64,000 nt of DNA from the NCBI GenBank assembly GCA_963764725.1, contig CAVXTM010000001.1, forward strand, positions 160,001 through 224,000. Direction: 5' to 3'. The stretch is from an uncultured Gammaproteobacteria bacterium (GTDB lineage Bacteria; Pseudomonadota; Gammaproteobacteria; JACCXJ01). The position numbers and the translations under genes are program-made. Under the pieces are notes generated by a model. It saw only the letters and a list, made by a program, of their open reading frames with translations. It was not told the origin of the DNA and did not search any database. This document shows, in pieces, positions 10,879-20,900 of this stretch (position 1 is the stretch's first letter; each line of letters starts with the position of its first letter).

Positions 10879-11931
10879 TTATTCTGTCACATCGCTAAGG
10901 GTCAAGTTTTCATCCGCCTTGAAACTTCGTCTTGTTACCTTTCCGATGAGATCGCGAAGATAGTAAGGCGGCAGGCCGTCGTTTGGAGACTTCATCGCAA
11001 TGTCGTCACGGGTCAGAACGTGATTCGCAGCAAGCTCGCGCGCGGCAACCAGTTTCTTCGCCATTTTGTAAAGCGGCTTTGTCTCGCTTGGGTAGCGAGC
11101 CTTGATGCCGTTGCCCATCGCCACACGCGCACGGCGTAAATCCCGTACCAACTTTGTCAGACCAGGCCGTTCGAGAGAAAACGCGTGATCGGTACCTTTC
11201 ATTGCTCGGTTCAGAGTAAAGTGTTTTTCGATTACACGCGCGCCGAGCACCCACGCTACAAGCGCCATAGCGATACCGCTGTCGTGTGAAGACAAGCCGA
11301 TGATAATGTCGGGAAATGCTTTCCGCAACGTCTCAATGACGCGTAGGTTCAGCTCTTCATAAGCCGGCGGATATCCGGCTGTACACTGCATGAAACAGAT
11401 CTGCGAATTGATCGGCATGATCGCATCATAGGCGCGTTTCGCGTCTTCCATGGTTCCGCCGCCGGTGCTGACGATCATGGGTTTCTGGAAACTCGCGACG
11501 TGCTCGAGCAGCGGAATGTTGGTCAGATCGCCCGAAGCAATTTTGAACGCTGGAACGTCGAGATCCTGAAGCAGGTCGGCACTCGCGAAGTCAAACGCCG
11601 TTGCGAAGAACGTAATGCCGACCTCTCTAGCGTATCCCTGGAGTTCCATGTACTCGCTACGGCCAAATTCCAAAAACTCACGGTGTTCGCCATAGGTTTC
11701 ACCGAAGCTATTTTCGTTATCGTAATGCGCATCATACATCGCTCTGGTATACAGCGTTTTGTTATCACGCTTCTGAAACTTAGCCGCGTTCGCGCCGCAG
11801 TCTTTGGCCGCTTTAATCAGCTCTCTTGCTTTTTCGACATCCCCCTGATGGTTATTACCAATCTCAGCGATAACGTAGCAAGCGTTGTCGTCATTGATCC
11901 GGTATCCGTCGATGATTAGCCCTCTACTCAT
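10879..11931 (-). CDS. neuB: NeuB-family nonulosonate(-phosphate) synthase with SAF domain
   Basis: IAEIGNNHQG, KFQKR, KIASGD, SSHD, IEKHFTL, GTDH, C-terminal SAF domain. Confidence 0.88.
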   Translation of the reverse strand: MSRGLIIDGYRINDDNACYVIAEIGNNHQGDVEKARELIKAAKDCGANAAKFQKRDNKTLYTRAMYDAHYDNENSFGETYGEHREFLEFGRSEYMELQGYAREVGITFFATAFDFASADLLQDLDVPAFKIASGDLTNIPLLEHVASFQKPMIVSTGGGTMEDAKRAYDAIMPINSQICFMQCTAGYPPAYEELNLRVIETLRKAFPDIIIGLSSHDSGIAMALVAWVLGARVIEKHFTLNRAMKGTDHAFSLERPGLTKLVRDLRRARVAMGNGIKARYPSETKPLYKMAKKLVAARELAANHVLTRDDIAMKSPNDGLPPYYLRDLIGKVTRRSFKADENLTLSDVTE

Positions 11932-12451
11932 TGCCGCCCTCCACGAATGCTCTGCAACCCCGTATGGCTAGAGGCCACTTATCCCAGCGCAATCGGAGTG
12001 CGCGGTCACTCGTCGCACCCTTTCAGATGACCATGTAACGGATGTACCGCCCGTGGAGCACGATTTGGCCGTGGATTACGCATGCAGGACACGCTACTCA
12101 CTCGGCCCTTATGCCTGATTGTTCATATTTTGAACACTATAAGTGACCTGAGTAGATTCCGTCAAACACGCGAGGCCGCTGGACGCGGCATAAGACCGTG
12201 CCCCTTTGTACGCGCATGGCGCCAATAGGGATGTGGTGGAGGCAGTACTTCGACTCTCCGCTTGCCACAAGGGAACCCAGTTATGCAAAATAATGCAAGA
12301 AGCAGCACTGCATTAGAGCTAACGTTGGGTATTAATGACCTTAATCCCTTGCCTGCCGTGGCCCTATAGGCTTACGGGTCGGGTAATCAAAACCGGCGGC
12401 CAGAAACACGGGGTATGCAGCCCACCTATCAAGGTGATTGCCGGATGAGAA

Positions 12452-12610
12452 ATGGCTGAAACCTTGGGCTCCCTCTGAGCCAAGCTAACCATTGCCAAGC
12501 TGAAGCAGTGGCACTGCGAAGATCCACAATGTCTGGCGAGCCTTACCGAACAGGAACGCCGGCTGACCGAAGAACTCGATCGATTTGTGAATGCAGCGCT
12601 CACTGTGAGT
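12452..12610 (+). pseudogene. Remnant of a small helical protein (possibly DUF4254-like)
   Basis: Reads MAETLGSL*AKLTIAKLKQWHCEDPQCLASLTEQERRLTEELDRF with an in-frame TGA; family recalled from memory. Confidence 0.4.
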
Positions 12611-12671
12611 GGGTTTCCCAACGCAGAGTTGCTGGAGGAACTCGCGGGCAGTGCCCAGCTCGTTCGGAGGA

Positions 12672-13289
12672 TTAAATATCGCGCGCCAGCGCCTGCAATC
12701 GCCCGAACTCCCCTCGCGCCGATGGTCGAAGGGACGCCGCGATGTCTAGCACCTCGTTGTCATAGAAATACAGCCCGGTGATTGCATAATTTGACTTGTG
12801 TTTCAAGGGCTTTTCTTCGCCTCGAACTTTCCCAGTAGCGTCAAGTTCGGCAACCCCATAGCGTTCCGGATCGCGGACGTGGTAAGTAAAAACGGTCGCT
12901 CCAGATTCGCGTTTCTCGGCGCACTCCAACTGCATGGGAAGATCATGTCCGTAAAAAATATTATCACCCAGGATAAGGACCGAAGCGCAGTTTCCAACAA
13001 ATTGCCTACCGATGATGAACGCCTAAGCCAGACCGTCCGGGGAGAGCTGCACGGCGTAGCTGAGGTGAATCCTCCATTGGCTGCCGTCACCGAGCAGATG
13101 TTCGAAGCGCGGCGTATCTTGCGGGGTAGAAATGATCAGGATTTCTTGAATGCCCGCCAACATCAGCGTCGTCAGCGGGTAATAGATCATCGGTTTGTCG
13201 TAGCCGGGGAGTAACTGTTTGGAGACGACTTGCGTGGCGGGGAAGAGTCTAGTCCCTGTACCGCCGGCAAGTATGATCCCCTTTCTCAC
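12672..13289 (-). pseudogene. rfbA: Glucose-1-phosphate thymidylyltransferase, disrupted
   Basis: [17 protein letters not shown]...PDGLA* premature TAG at 13023-13025, frameshift near 12960, truncation after PSARGE. Confidence 0.92.
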
Positions 13290-13295
13290 CGTGAG

Positions 13296-14354
13296 TTACC
13301 TTGCTTGGTAGCTCTTATCAATCCATTTCTTATAACTTCCGCTGGCTACCTCGGTAACCCATGCCTGATTTTCCAGGTACCAGGCAACTGTTTTGCGGAT
13401 CCCCGTCTCGAACGTCTCCTTCGGACGCCAGCCGAGTTCCCCCTCGATATTGCGTGCGTCGATCGCGTAGCGGCGATCGTGTCCGGGGCGGTCCGTAACC
13501 AGGGTAATCAAGCGCCGGTAGCTTCCGTCTGGCGATGATCTAAGTTCGTCTAATATGTCGCACACGGTATGTACTACATCGAGATTGGTCTTCTCGTTCC
13601 AGCCACCGATATTATATGTCTCGCCGACGCGGCCTTGCTCCAAGACCGCATGAATTGCGGCGCAGTGGTCGCTCACATAAAGCCAATCCCTGATGTTCAT
13701 GCCGTCACCATAGATCGGCAGTGCCTTGCCTTCGAGCGCGTTCAGGATGATGAGCGGAATCAGCTTCTCCGGGAACTGATACGGGCCATAGTTGTTCGAG
13801 CAGTTGGTGGTCAGCGTGGGCAAGCTGTAGGTGTGGTGATAGGCGCGTACTAGGTGATCCGAGGCAGCTTTGGATGCCGCATAGGGGCTGTTGGGGGCGT
13901 AGGGCGTTGACTCCGTGAAAGGCGCTGCTTCAGGGGCCAGTGATCCATAGACCTCGTCGGTGGATACGTGCACGAAACGGAAGGCGGCGCGATCGGCTGC
14001 GCCGAGGTCGGCGCAGTAAGCCCTGGCGCATTCGAGTAGATTGAAGGTCCCAGCGATATTGGTCCGAATGAATTCCGCAGGCCCCAAGATAGAACGATCG
14101 ACGTGGCTTTCCGCAGCGAAGTTCAGGATAGCGCGCGGTTTATAACGATTCAACAGGCTACCTAGTATGGCAGAATCGCCAATATCGCCTCTTACAAAAA
14201 CGTGCCTCGAGTCGCTGTTCAAACTGGCTAAATTGTTGAGGTTTCCCGCATAGGTGAGCACGTCGAGATTAACAACAGGCTCGTTGCTTAATGCGAGCCA
14301 ATGCAATACGAAATTTGAGCCGATGAAACCAGCCCCTCCAGTGACGAGAATCAC
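13296..14354 (-). CDS. rfbB: dTDP-glucose 4,6-dehydratase
   Basis: [44 protein letters not shown]; GTG start at 14354 inferred. Confidence 0.95.
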   Translation of the reverse strand: MILVTGGAGFIGSNFVLHWLALSNEPVVNLDVLTYAGNLNNLASLNSDSRHVFVRGDIGDSAILGSLLNRYKPRAILNFAAESHVDRSILGPAEFIRTNIAGTFNLLECARAYCADLGAADRAAFRFVHVSTDEVYGSLAPEAAPFTESTPYAPNSPYAASKAASDHLVRAYHHTYSLPTLTTNCSNNYGPYQFPEKLIPLIILNALEGKALPIYGDGMNIRDWLYVSDHCAAIHAVLEQGRVGETYNIGGWNEKTNLDVVHTVCDILDELRSSPDGSYRRLITLVTDRPGHDRRYAIDARNIEGELGWRPKETFETGIRKTVAWYLENQAWVTEVASGSYKKWIDKSYQAR

Positions 14355-14945
14355 GCCCCACCCCAGAGTAACCGCATAAATACGAAGTGCCCAACCAATA
14401 GGTTTGCGCGATAGGCGCAATCCCATCCGCGCTCGAGGTCTTTTTGTTTGGTCCCGTTCTTCATTGTAGTCTTAACTGCTTTGGAGATTGCGGGCCGTAT
14501 GGCGTAGAGTAGCGTGATTCTCGGCGGCTTTTACCGCGGCGGATCCGTCACGCGTCTTCGCGAAAAGGTAGTGTTAAAACCCAATATATAGGCAGTTGGT
14601 ATGTCTTCCGAGCACCCTCCCGAGCAACGGAGGGTACCTCACTCAGCAAGCAGAATAATAGCGGCGCGGGAGCAGCCGTCAAGGCTGCGAATGACAGCGC
14701 ATCAAGGAGGACTCCAGCGATAACCTGCTAGACCGTCACCCGCCGAATCGGTTGCCGATCTGGTTGCCAATAAGCCACAATCCCCCATTCCTAGGAATCA
14801 GGCTCGCGATGGGTGGAAAGATGTGTATTTTAAGAATGGCTCGGACCTCCTTTAGTCAACTACGCTCCATCTACCCACAAATTCTCCTGAAGAGCCGAAT
14901 TTCTTATCTTTTTGTCCTGCCGCCTCTTGGCCGGGTACTCGAAAT

Positions 14946-17462
14946 ATGAGAATCGCCATATTGAGCACTGAGGGACTTGGTTTCGGAGGCGCTGTTCGCG
15001 CCACTCGTCGTTTGGTCGCCGGACTTACGCAGCGAGGCCACGAGGCTATCATCATTTCCGTTGTTCCCGGCCATGACCCGTGTGGAATCGGCGTCGAAGT
15101 TTCGCCTGCCCGCGATCACACCGAACGAGTGGCACGGGCGGCCAGTCGCTGCCTGCAGAAAAGCTACATCGACGCGCGCCGAACGGCGCTGTCCAACACG
15201 CTCTTCTCTCCCCAGGTGGCCGGCTACAGCTTCAAGCAAAGCCGCATCCTGGATGATTTCGACATCATCAATATCCATTGGGTTGCGCACTTCCTTGCGC
15301 CGCACACCGTGGCAGAGTTCCTAGCGACGGGTAAACCCGTCATCTTTACCCTCCACGACATGTTGGCCTTCACCGGCGGCTGCCACTACTCGGCCGGTTG
15401 CCAAGGTTATCGCGAAACGTGTGTGCCCTGTCCTCAACTAAACGAAGATGTGTTGAAACTGGCCGCATGGACACTCGACCGGAAAAGGCGTCTGTTTCGG
15501 GCTACCAACGTATCCGTCATCGCCCCTAGCCGCTGGCTCGCGGACTGCGCGGCGGAGAGCGGCGTGTTCGCGCCGGAGAGTATCTCGACGATCCCCAATG
15601 CCGTCGAGATCGACCTGTTCCGCCCCACTAGGAAGCAAATCGCCAAGGAGTCCCTAGGTATCGATCCGAGCGTCAAGACCTTGCTGTTCGGTGCCGGGGA
15701 CAACCGTGAACATCGCAAGGGTTTCGATCTCCTCATCGAGATGCTGCATCGCCTGAAAAGCGATCCCCGAATCGATTCCCTAATCGCCGAGCAGCGCCTT
15801 CGTATCCTCGTCTTCGGCGAGGGAAATCTAGAACTTCAGGCTACCGAGATCCCACTCCTCAACCTCGGCGCTGTTCGGAACGACGCACGCCTTGCGCTCA
15901 TCTACAGCGCCGCGGATCTGTTGATCCTGTCCTCCCGCGAGGACAACCTGCCCAATGTCATGCTCGAAGCGATGTCCTGCGCGACCCCGGTCATCTCCTT
16001 CGCGATCGGCGGCATACCCGAGGTGATCCTCGATCGCGTTGACGGGCGCTTAATACCCCCTTTCGATACCGCTGCGATGGCCTCCACGGTGACGGAGCTG
16101 CTGCATGCGGACGGGGCGACTCTCGCCCTGGGCAGTGCCGCGCGTGACAGGATCGTTTCAGCCTATCATCTCGATGCCCAAGCCACGGCTTACGAAACCC
16201 TGTTCGAAGGCATGCTTGCACAGACCGATTTCCGATTGACCCAAAGCCGATGCGATCGAACGCATACGCCGAAAACGATTCGTCTCCCGATGACGCTGCA
16301 TCCGCAGGTCGAGAAGACATCGATCGGTCTGTTCCTGGAACAGCAAACTGTCATCGACGAAATTAAAGCGAACGAACGGGCACATTTCGAGTTGGACCGC
16401 GTGCGCAACGTTCTCGGCGCCGCAGCCCGCGATATAGTCAGCTCGAGATCTTGGCGCTACACGAGACGGCTACGGCGCGGCGTGCCGGAACCGGCGACGG
16501 AAGCCGACGCGATCCCAGCGGACGCGGCGGCGACCGTCTTGAGGCTCTTGCGATCCAGATCCTGGGAGTTGACGGCACCCCTGCGGCTAATCGCCAGAGC
16601 TATTCGCGTGGCCTCCCGCATGCTAAACCCGGCTCGGACGGTTCGTAAGGCCGATCCGGCGATCGCGCCTGAGAGTTCCACCTCTCCTCCGTCCTCGTCG
16701 GTCGTCCTGTTGGACAGTGCATCACGCACCCGGCAAGATCGGCCGATCGACACCGATCGCCGTCTCAACCCCATCTGTCTGCACCTCTACCATCTCGACC
16801 TTTGGGATGAATTCAAGACTGCTCTCAAACCCATCATAGATCGGAATACCCCCCTCTATATCTCATTACCGGAAAGCAATGCGCACTTTATGGGCAATAT
16901 CTACAGAGATATTGAAGAGCAGTACTGCAGAGTGTTCGTGATCGAGAATCGCGGCTTGCACATATATCCGTTTCTGTCACAGTTCAAGTTCCTGCTTGAT
17001 CAAGGCATAAGACCGCTCACATTGACCAAATTACACACGAAGAAGAGCAAACATCATACGAGCGAACTCGCGGACACCTGGCGAACAGGGCTTTACCAAA
17101 ATTTGCTGGCTAACCACAGTTTCATCGTCGATGAGTTCTATGATAAGACTCTCGGCATGGTGTGCAGCCAGAGGTGGTGGGTCCACGAAACCCCCGGTAA
17201 CCCCAATTATGAAATTGAGCGCCGGGTGATTCATGAGGCATGCAAGATCTTTAACGTGTCCCAGACATATAGCTATGTCACTGGAAGTATGTATATTATC
17301 TCATTTGAATATCTCAAGAGCCTCTTCAGTGAAATAGATATTGACGAATTTCTAACTCGATTTGAAACCGGGTATAAACCCAGCGACACCTTAGCCCATG
17401 GATTCGAGAGGGTTGTGTGCTTCGGCCTGGAAAAGTATGGCCGCAAAGTGGGCCTGCTATGA
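14946..17462 (+). CDS. GT4 glycosyltransferase fused to an RgpF (rhamnan synthesis F)-like domain
   Basis: TLHD, SREDNLPNVMLEAM GT4 motifs; C-terminal LHLYH..ENRG..KLHTKKS..AHGFER RgpF motifs. Confidence 0.85.
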   Translation: MRIAILSTEGLGFGGAVRATRRLVAGLTQRGHEAIIISVVPGHDPCGIGVEVSPARDHTERVARAASRCLQKSYIDARRTALSNTLFSPQVAGYSFKQSRILDDFDIINIHWVAHFLAPHTVAEFLATGKPVIFTLHDMLAFTGGCHYSAGCQGYRETCVPCPQLNEDVLKLAAWTLDRKRRLFRATNVSVIAPSRWLADCAAESGVFAPESISTIPNAVEIDLFRPTRKQIAKESLGIDPSVKTLLFGAGDNREHRKGFDLLIEMLHRLKSDPRIDSLIAEQRLRILVFGEGNLELQATEIPLLNLGAVRNDARLALIYSAADLLILSSREDNLPNVMLEAMSCATPVISFAIGGIPEVILDRVDGRLIPPFDTAAMASTVTELLHADGATLALGSAARDRIVSAYHLDAQATAYETLFEGMLAQTDFRLTQSRCDRTHTPKTIRLPMTLHPQVEKTSIGLFLEQQTVIDEIKANERAHFELDRVRNVLGAAARDIVSSRSWRYTRRLRRGVPEPATEADAIPADAAATVLRLLRSRSWELTAPLRLIARAIRVASRMLNPARTVRKADPAIAPESSTSPPSSSVVLLDSASRTRQDRPIDTDRRLNPICLHLYHLDLWDEFKTALKPIIDRNTPLYISLPESNAHFMGNIYRDIEEQYCRVFVIENRGLHIYPFLSQFKFLLDQGIRPLTLTKLHTKKSKHHTSELADTWRTGLYQNLLANHSFIVDEFYDKTLGMVCSQRWWVHETPGNPNYEIERRVIHEACKIFNVSQTYSYVTGSMYIISFEYLKSLFSEIDIDEFLTRFETGYKPSDTLAHGFERVVCFGLEKYGRKVGLL

Positions 17463-17747
17463 GAATTGGCGAGGTGTTAAATCGCGCGCGATGGCACCTT
17501 TGCCCTCGCGTCATCTCTGTAAGCGGTATTGGTGATCGGTTGACGCCGCGAGACTGAGCGCCACTTGGCAGTTTTCGCTGTCGTCGTCCGCAAAAGAAAT
17601 GCAATAATCGCGTCCATCGCACTAAGGGGCTTAACAGAGTGTACGGGGATGCCGTACATTGGTCATATGAGCAGGATATGAGGATACGGAAGACGACGAA
17701 ACCGAGGCGATCACGCCCTATTTCCGCCATTGCACGCCCGAGGTTTG

Positions 17748-17813
17748 ATAGGATGCGGCGAGCGCCGCGAACCGCATCGATCCCGAATGATTCGGTTCCT
17801 TAGTCACCCATCC
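17748..17813. repeat. Degenerate GTAG-type REP doublet (REPIN-like)
   Basis: ATAGGATGCGGCGAGCGCCGCGAACCGCATCG followed by a degenerate inverted copy GATTCGGTTCCTTAGTCACCCATCC. Confidence 0.6.
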
Positions 17814-17917
17814 GTCCGGGAGTGTGAGGTGGTTCCGTGCGTGTATCCATCCGGCCTTGCATTTGTCGCAGGAGGTAACGGCGATACAACGATACCAAAT
17901 GACCAAGGCGTTCCTTC

Positions 17918-20900
17918 ATGATAGACAACATTAAAAGGCAGCTTGTCGTCGTGCTTGGTATGCACCGAAGCGGCACCAGTGCGATTACGCGTGGGTTGAC
18001 TGCTCTAGGTGTCGAGCTGGGTCAAACGCTTATTCCCGCAATGCCCGATAATCCCAGCGGTTTTTGGGAAGACCGCGATATAACCACCCTGAACATGGAA
18101 TTGCTTCGGCACCTGGGGCACGACTACTACCACTCCTCATTAGTTCCAATTCTAGAGAGCGATCTCGCTTCAGAAAGGATGTCAGCCTTCAGACTGCGTG
18201 CAGTCGAATTACTTCGGCAAAAAACGGCAGCTAACGCCATCTTTGGTATCAAAGACCCACGTACCGCGCGCCTGTTGCCGTTTTGGCAGGCCATTTATGA
18301 CTATCTGGGACTCATAGTAGGCTACGTTATTGCCGTTCGCAATCCACTCAGCGTGGCGCGTTCATTGAGCGTCCGAAACGAGTTCGAGTCGGAGAAATCT
18401 CATTATCTGTGGCTCGAGCACATGGTTCCTGCTGTATTGGAAACGTCATCTGCCCGGCGGGTATTTGTTAACTACGATAACCTGATGGATAACGCCGCGA
18501 GAGAAGTTCAAAGGATTGCTGCAAGTCTGGTGTTGTCCACCGATACGATTCACGATGGATTACTTAAAGAATACCAGAACGCATTCCTAGAAGATAACTT
18601 GCGCCATAGCCAATATACGACGGAGGATCTTCGTCTTGACCCGTCGGTTCCACGACCTGTAATCGAAGCGTATGAACTTCTGGTAAAGCTCGCCTCCGAT
18701 GAACTGTCGCCCGTCGCTGCAGAGGTAACCAGTACGTTCCGCCGCTTGCAACATGAACTGAATGATTTGCGCCCGGCTTTGGGCTATATAACCCGCTTGG
18801 AAGAGAGAATCGCCGGCCTCAACCAAGGGGTGGCCGAGCGCGATGGGCGGATCGCCAGGCTCAACCAGACGGTGGCCGAGCGCGATGGGCAGATCGCTAG
18901 CCTCGACCGAGCGGTGGCCGAGCGCGATGGGCAGATCGCTAGTCTCGACCGAGCGGTGGCCGAGCGCGATGGGCAGATCGCTAGCCTCGACCGAGCGGTG
19001 GCCGAGCGCGATGGGCAGATCGCTAGTCTCGACCGAGCAATGGCCGAGCGCGATGGGCGGATCGCTAGCCTCGACCGAGCAATGGCCGAGCGCGGTGCGA
19101 TAATGCGCGCTATGTATGCGTCTACTTCCTGGCGTATAACGGCACCGCTCAGGTTTGTTGAGAGGGCGGCAAGCAGGCTGCGGTTCCGTCGGAGGTTCCG
19201 AACGGTCATTTCTATCACAGCGAGATCACTCTATCGCGTTCTGCCAATATCCGTCGGCCGGAAGGTCAAGTTGAAGGGCTGGCTTTTCGGGTCGTTCCCC
19301 TTCCTCTTTGGTCAGACGTCCGCCTACCGAAACTGGGCCGCCTTGATGGCCCGTAACGACCGCCAGCGCGCGGTGGACAACTTCGACCGTAACTTCTATC
19401 TCCAAGCCTATCCCGACGTCGCCGAGAGTGGCGTCGATCCCCTTCAGCACTACCTCAACGAAGGCCGGAAGGAAGGCCGGCTGGGTCGAGCGCCTCAACT
19501 GATCGTCAACGCGGATCCGCAGGTGCTCGCTTCCGACCGTCCGACCGTTCTTGTGGTCAGTCACGAAGCCTCACGGACCGGTGCGCCGATCCTCGCGTGG
19601 AACATCTGCCGCGAACTGAGGAATCGCTGCAACGTGATTGCGCTGCTGCTCGGCGGCGGCGGAATCGCCAGCTACTTCGCCGAGACCTGCGACGTCGTCG
19701 TGGGCCCCTTCGACGGGCCCATCCGTAATCCGACGGCCGTTGGTCCCATCGTGAATGATATCTGCGACCGCTACAGCATCGACGTCGCACTCGTCAACAG
19801 CATCGAATCACGCGCAGTGATTCCGCCGCTCAGCGAGCGATTCGTGCCGTCGGTCCTACTGGTTCATGAATTTTTCGCGTACACGCGGCCGCGCGAGGAC
19901 TTCGTCGCGGCACTGCGTCTGGCTGCCGACGTTGTCTTCTCGGCCCAAATAGTCCAGCGCAACGCGCTGACCGAGCAGACCCGTCCGGTGGTCGAAGCCT
20001 CGCACGTGCTCGCGCAGGGGAAGTGCGTGATCCCGGCCGGCGCGCCGGCTGGCCTCGGGACGGCCGCCGAACTAGCGGCCATCGAGCCATTGGTGCGGCC
20101 TGGCGGTCGCAAGCGCTTCTTCGTGCTTGGCGCTGGCACGGTGCAGTATCGCAAGGGTGTCGATCTCTTCGTTGCCACAGCGGCCGAGGTCCGGCGACTC
20201 GGCCGCGACGCCGACGTGGCGATGCTGTGGATCGGCCAGGGCTTCGATCCGGAACGAGATCTGAGCTACTCTGCGTATGTGCAAGAGCAGATTGTGGCTG
20301 CGGGTATCGATAACATCGCAGTGATCGGCGAAGTCGAGAATCTCGAAGCAGTCTACGCGCTCGCCGACGCGCTATTCCTATCTTCGCGTCTCGATCCGAT
20401 GCCGAATGTCGCAATCGATGCGATGTCGATCGGCAAGCCGGTGATATGCTTCGACAACGCGACTGGCATCGCCGAGATACTCGCACATGACCCACGTACC
20501 GCCGAATGCATCGTACCGTCCGCAAGTATCGGAGATGCCGCCCGCCTGATCCTACGGCTGCAGTCGTCGCTGGCGTTCGCCGACGCTGTATCGGCCGGTG
20601 TGCGGGATCTCGCGGCCCGGTACTTCCATATGCCAAGCTACGTCGCGCGCCTGTTCGACATTGCATGGGCAGCGCGGACACGCAGTCTGCAGGAACGTAA
20701 CGACGCGGCAACTTTGCAGGATGCCGCGGACTTCGACGTCGACTTCGACTCGATGCCGGTTACGTACCCTCGGACCCGCGAGCACGCGATCGTCAGCTTC
20801 CTGCGTTCGTCGGCGAGCGGCATCGAGGCGCGGCGTCCGGCGCCGGGTTTCGATTCCGCCACTTATGCACGACACCACGAGCTTGGCCGGGACGCGGCGA

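Noticed and set aside
14600-14700. Hairpins in the divergent rmlB/GT4 intergenic region as a riboswitch or ncRNA
   Set aside because: Only short stems (ACCCTCC/GGAGGGT, GCAGCC/GGCTGC) with no family motif or U-tract.
18830-19094. Possible CRISPR array
   Set aside because: Repeats are contiguous with no unique spacers, lie in frame within a CDS, and no cas genes are present.
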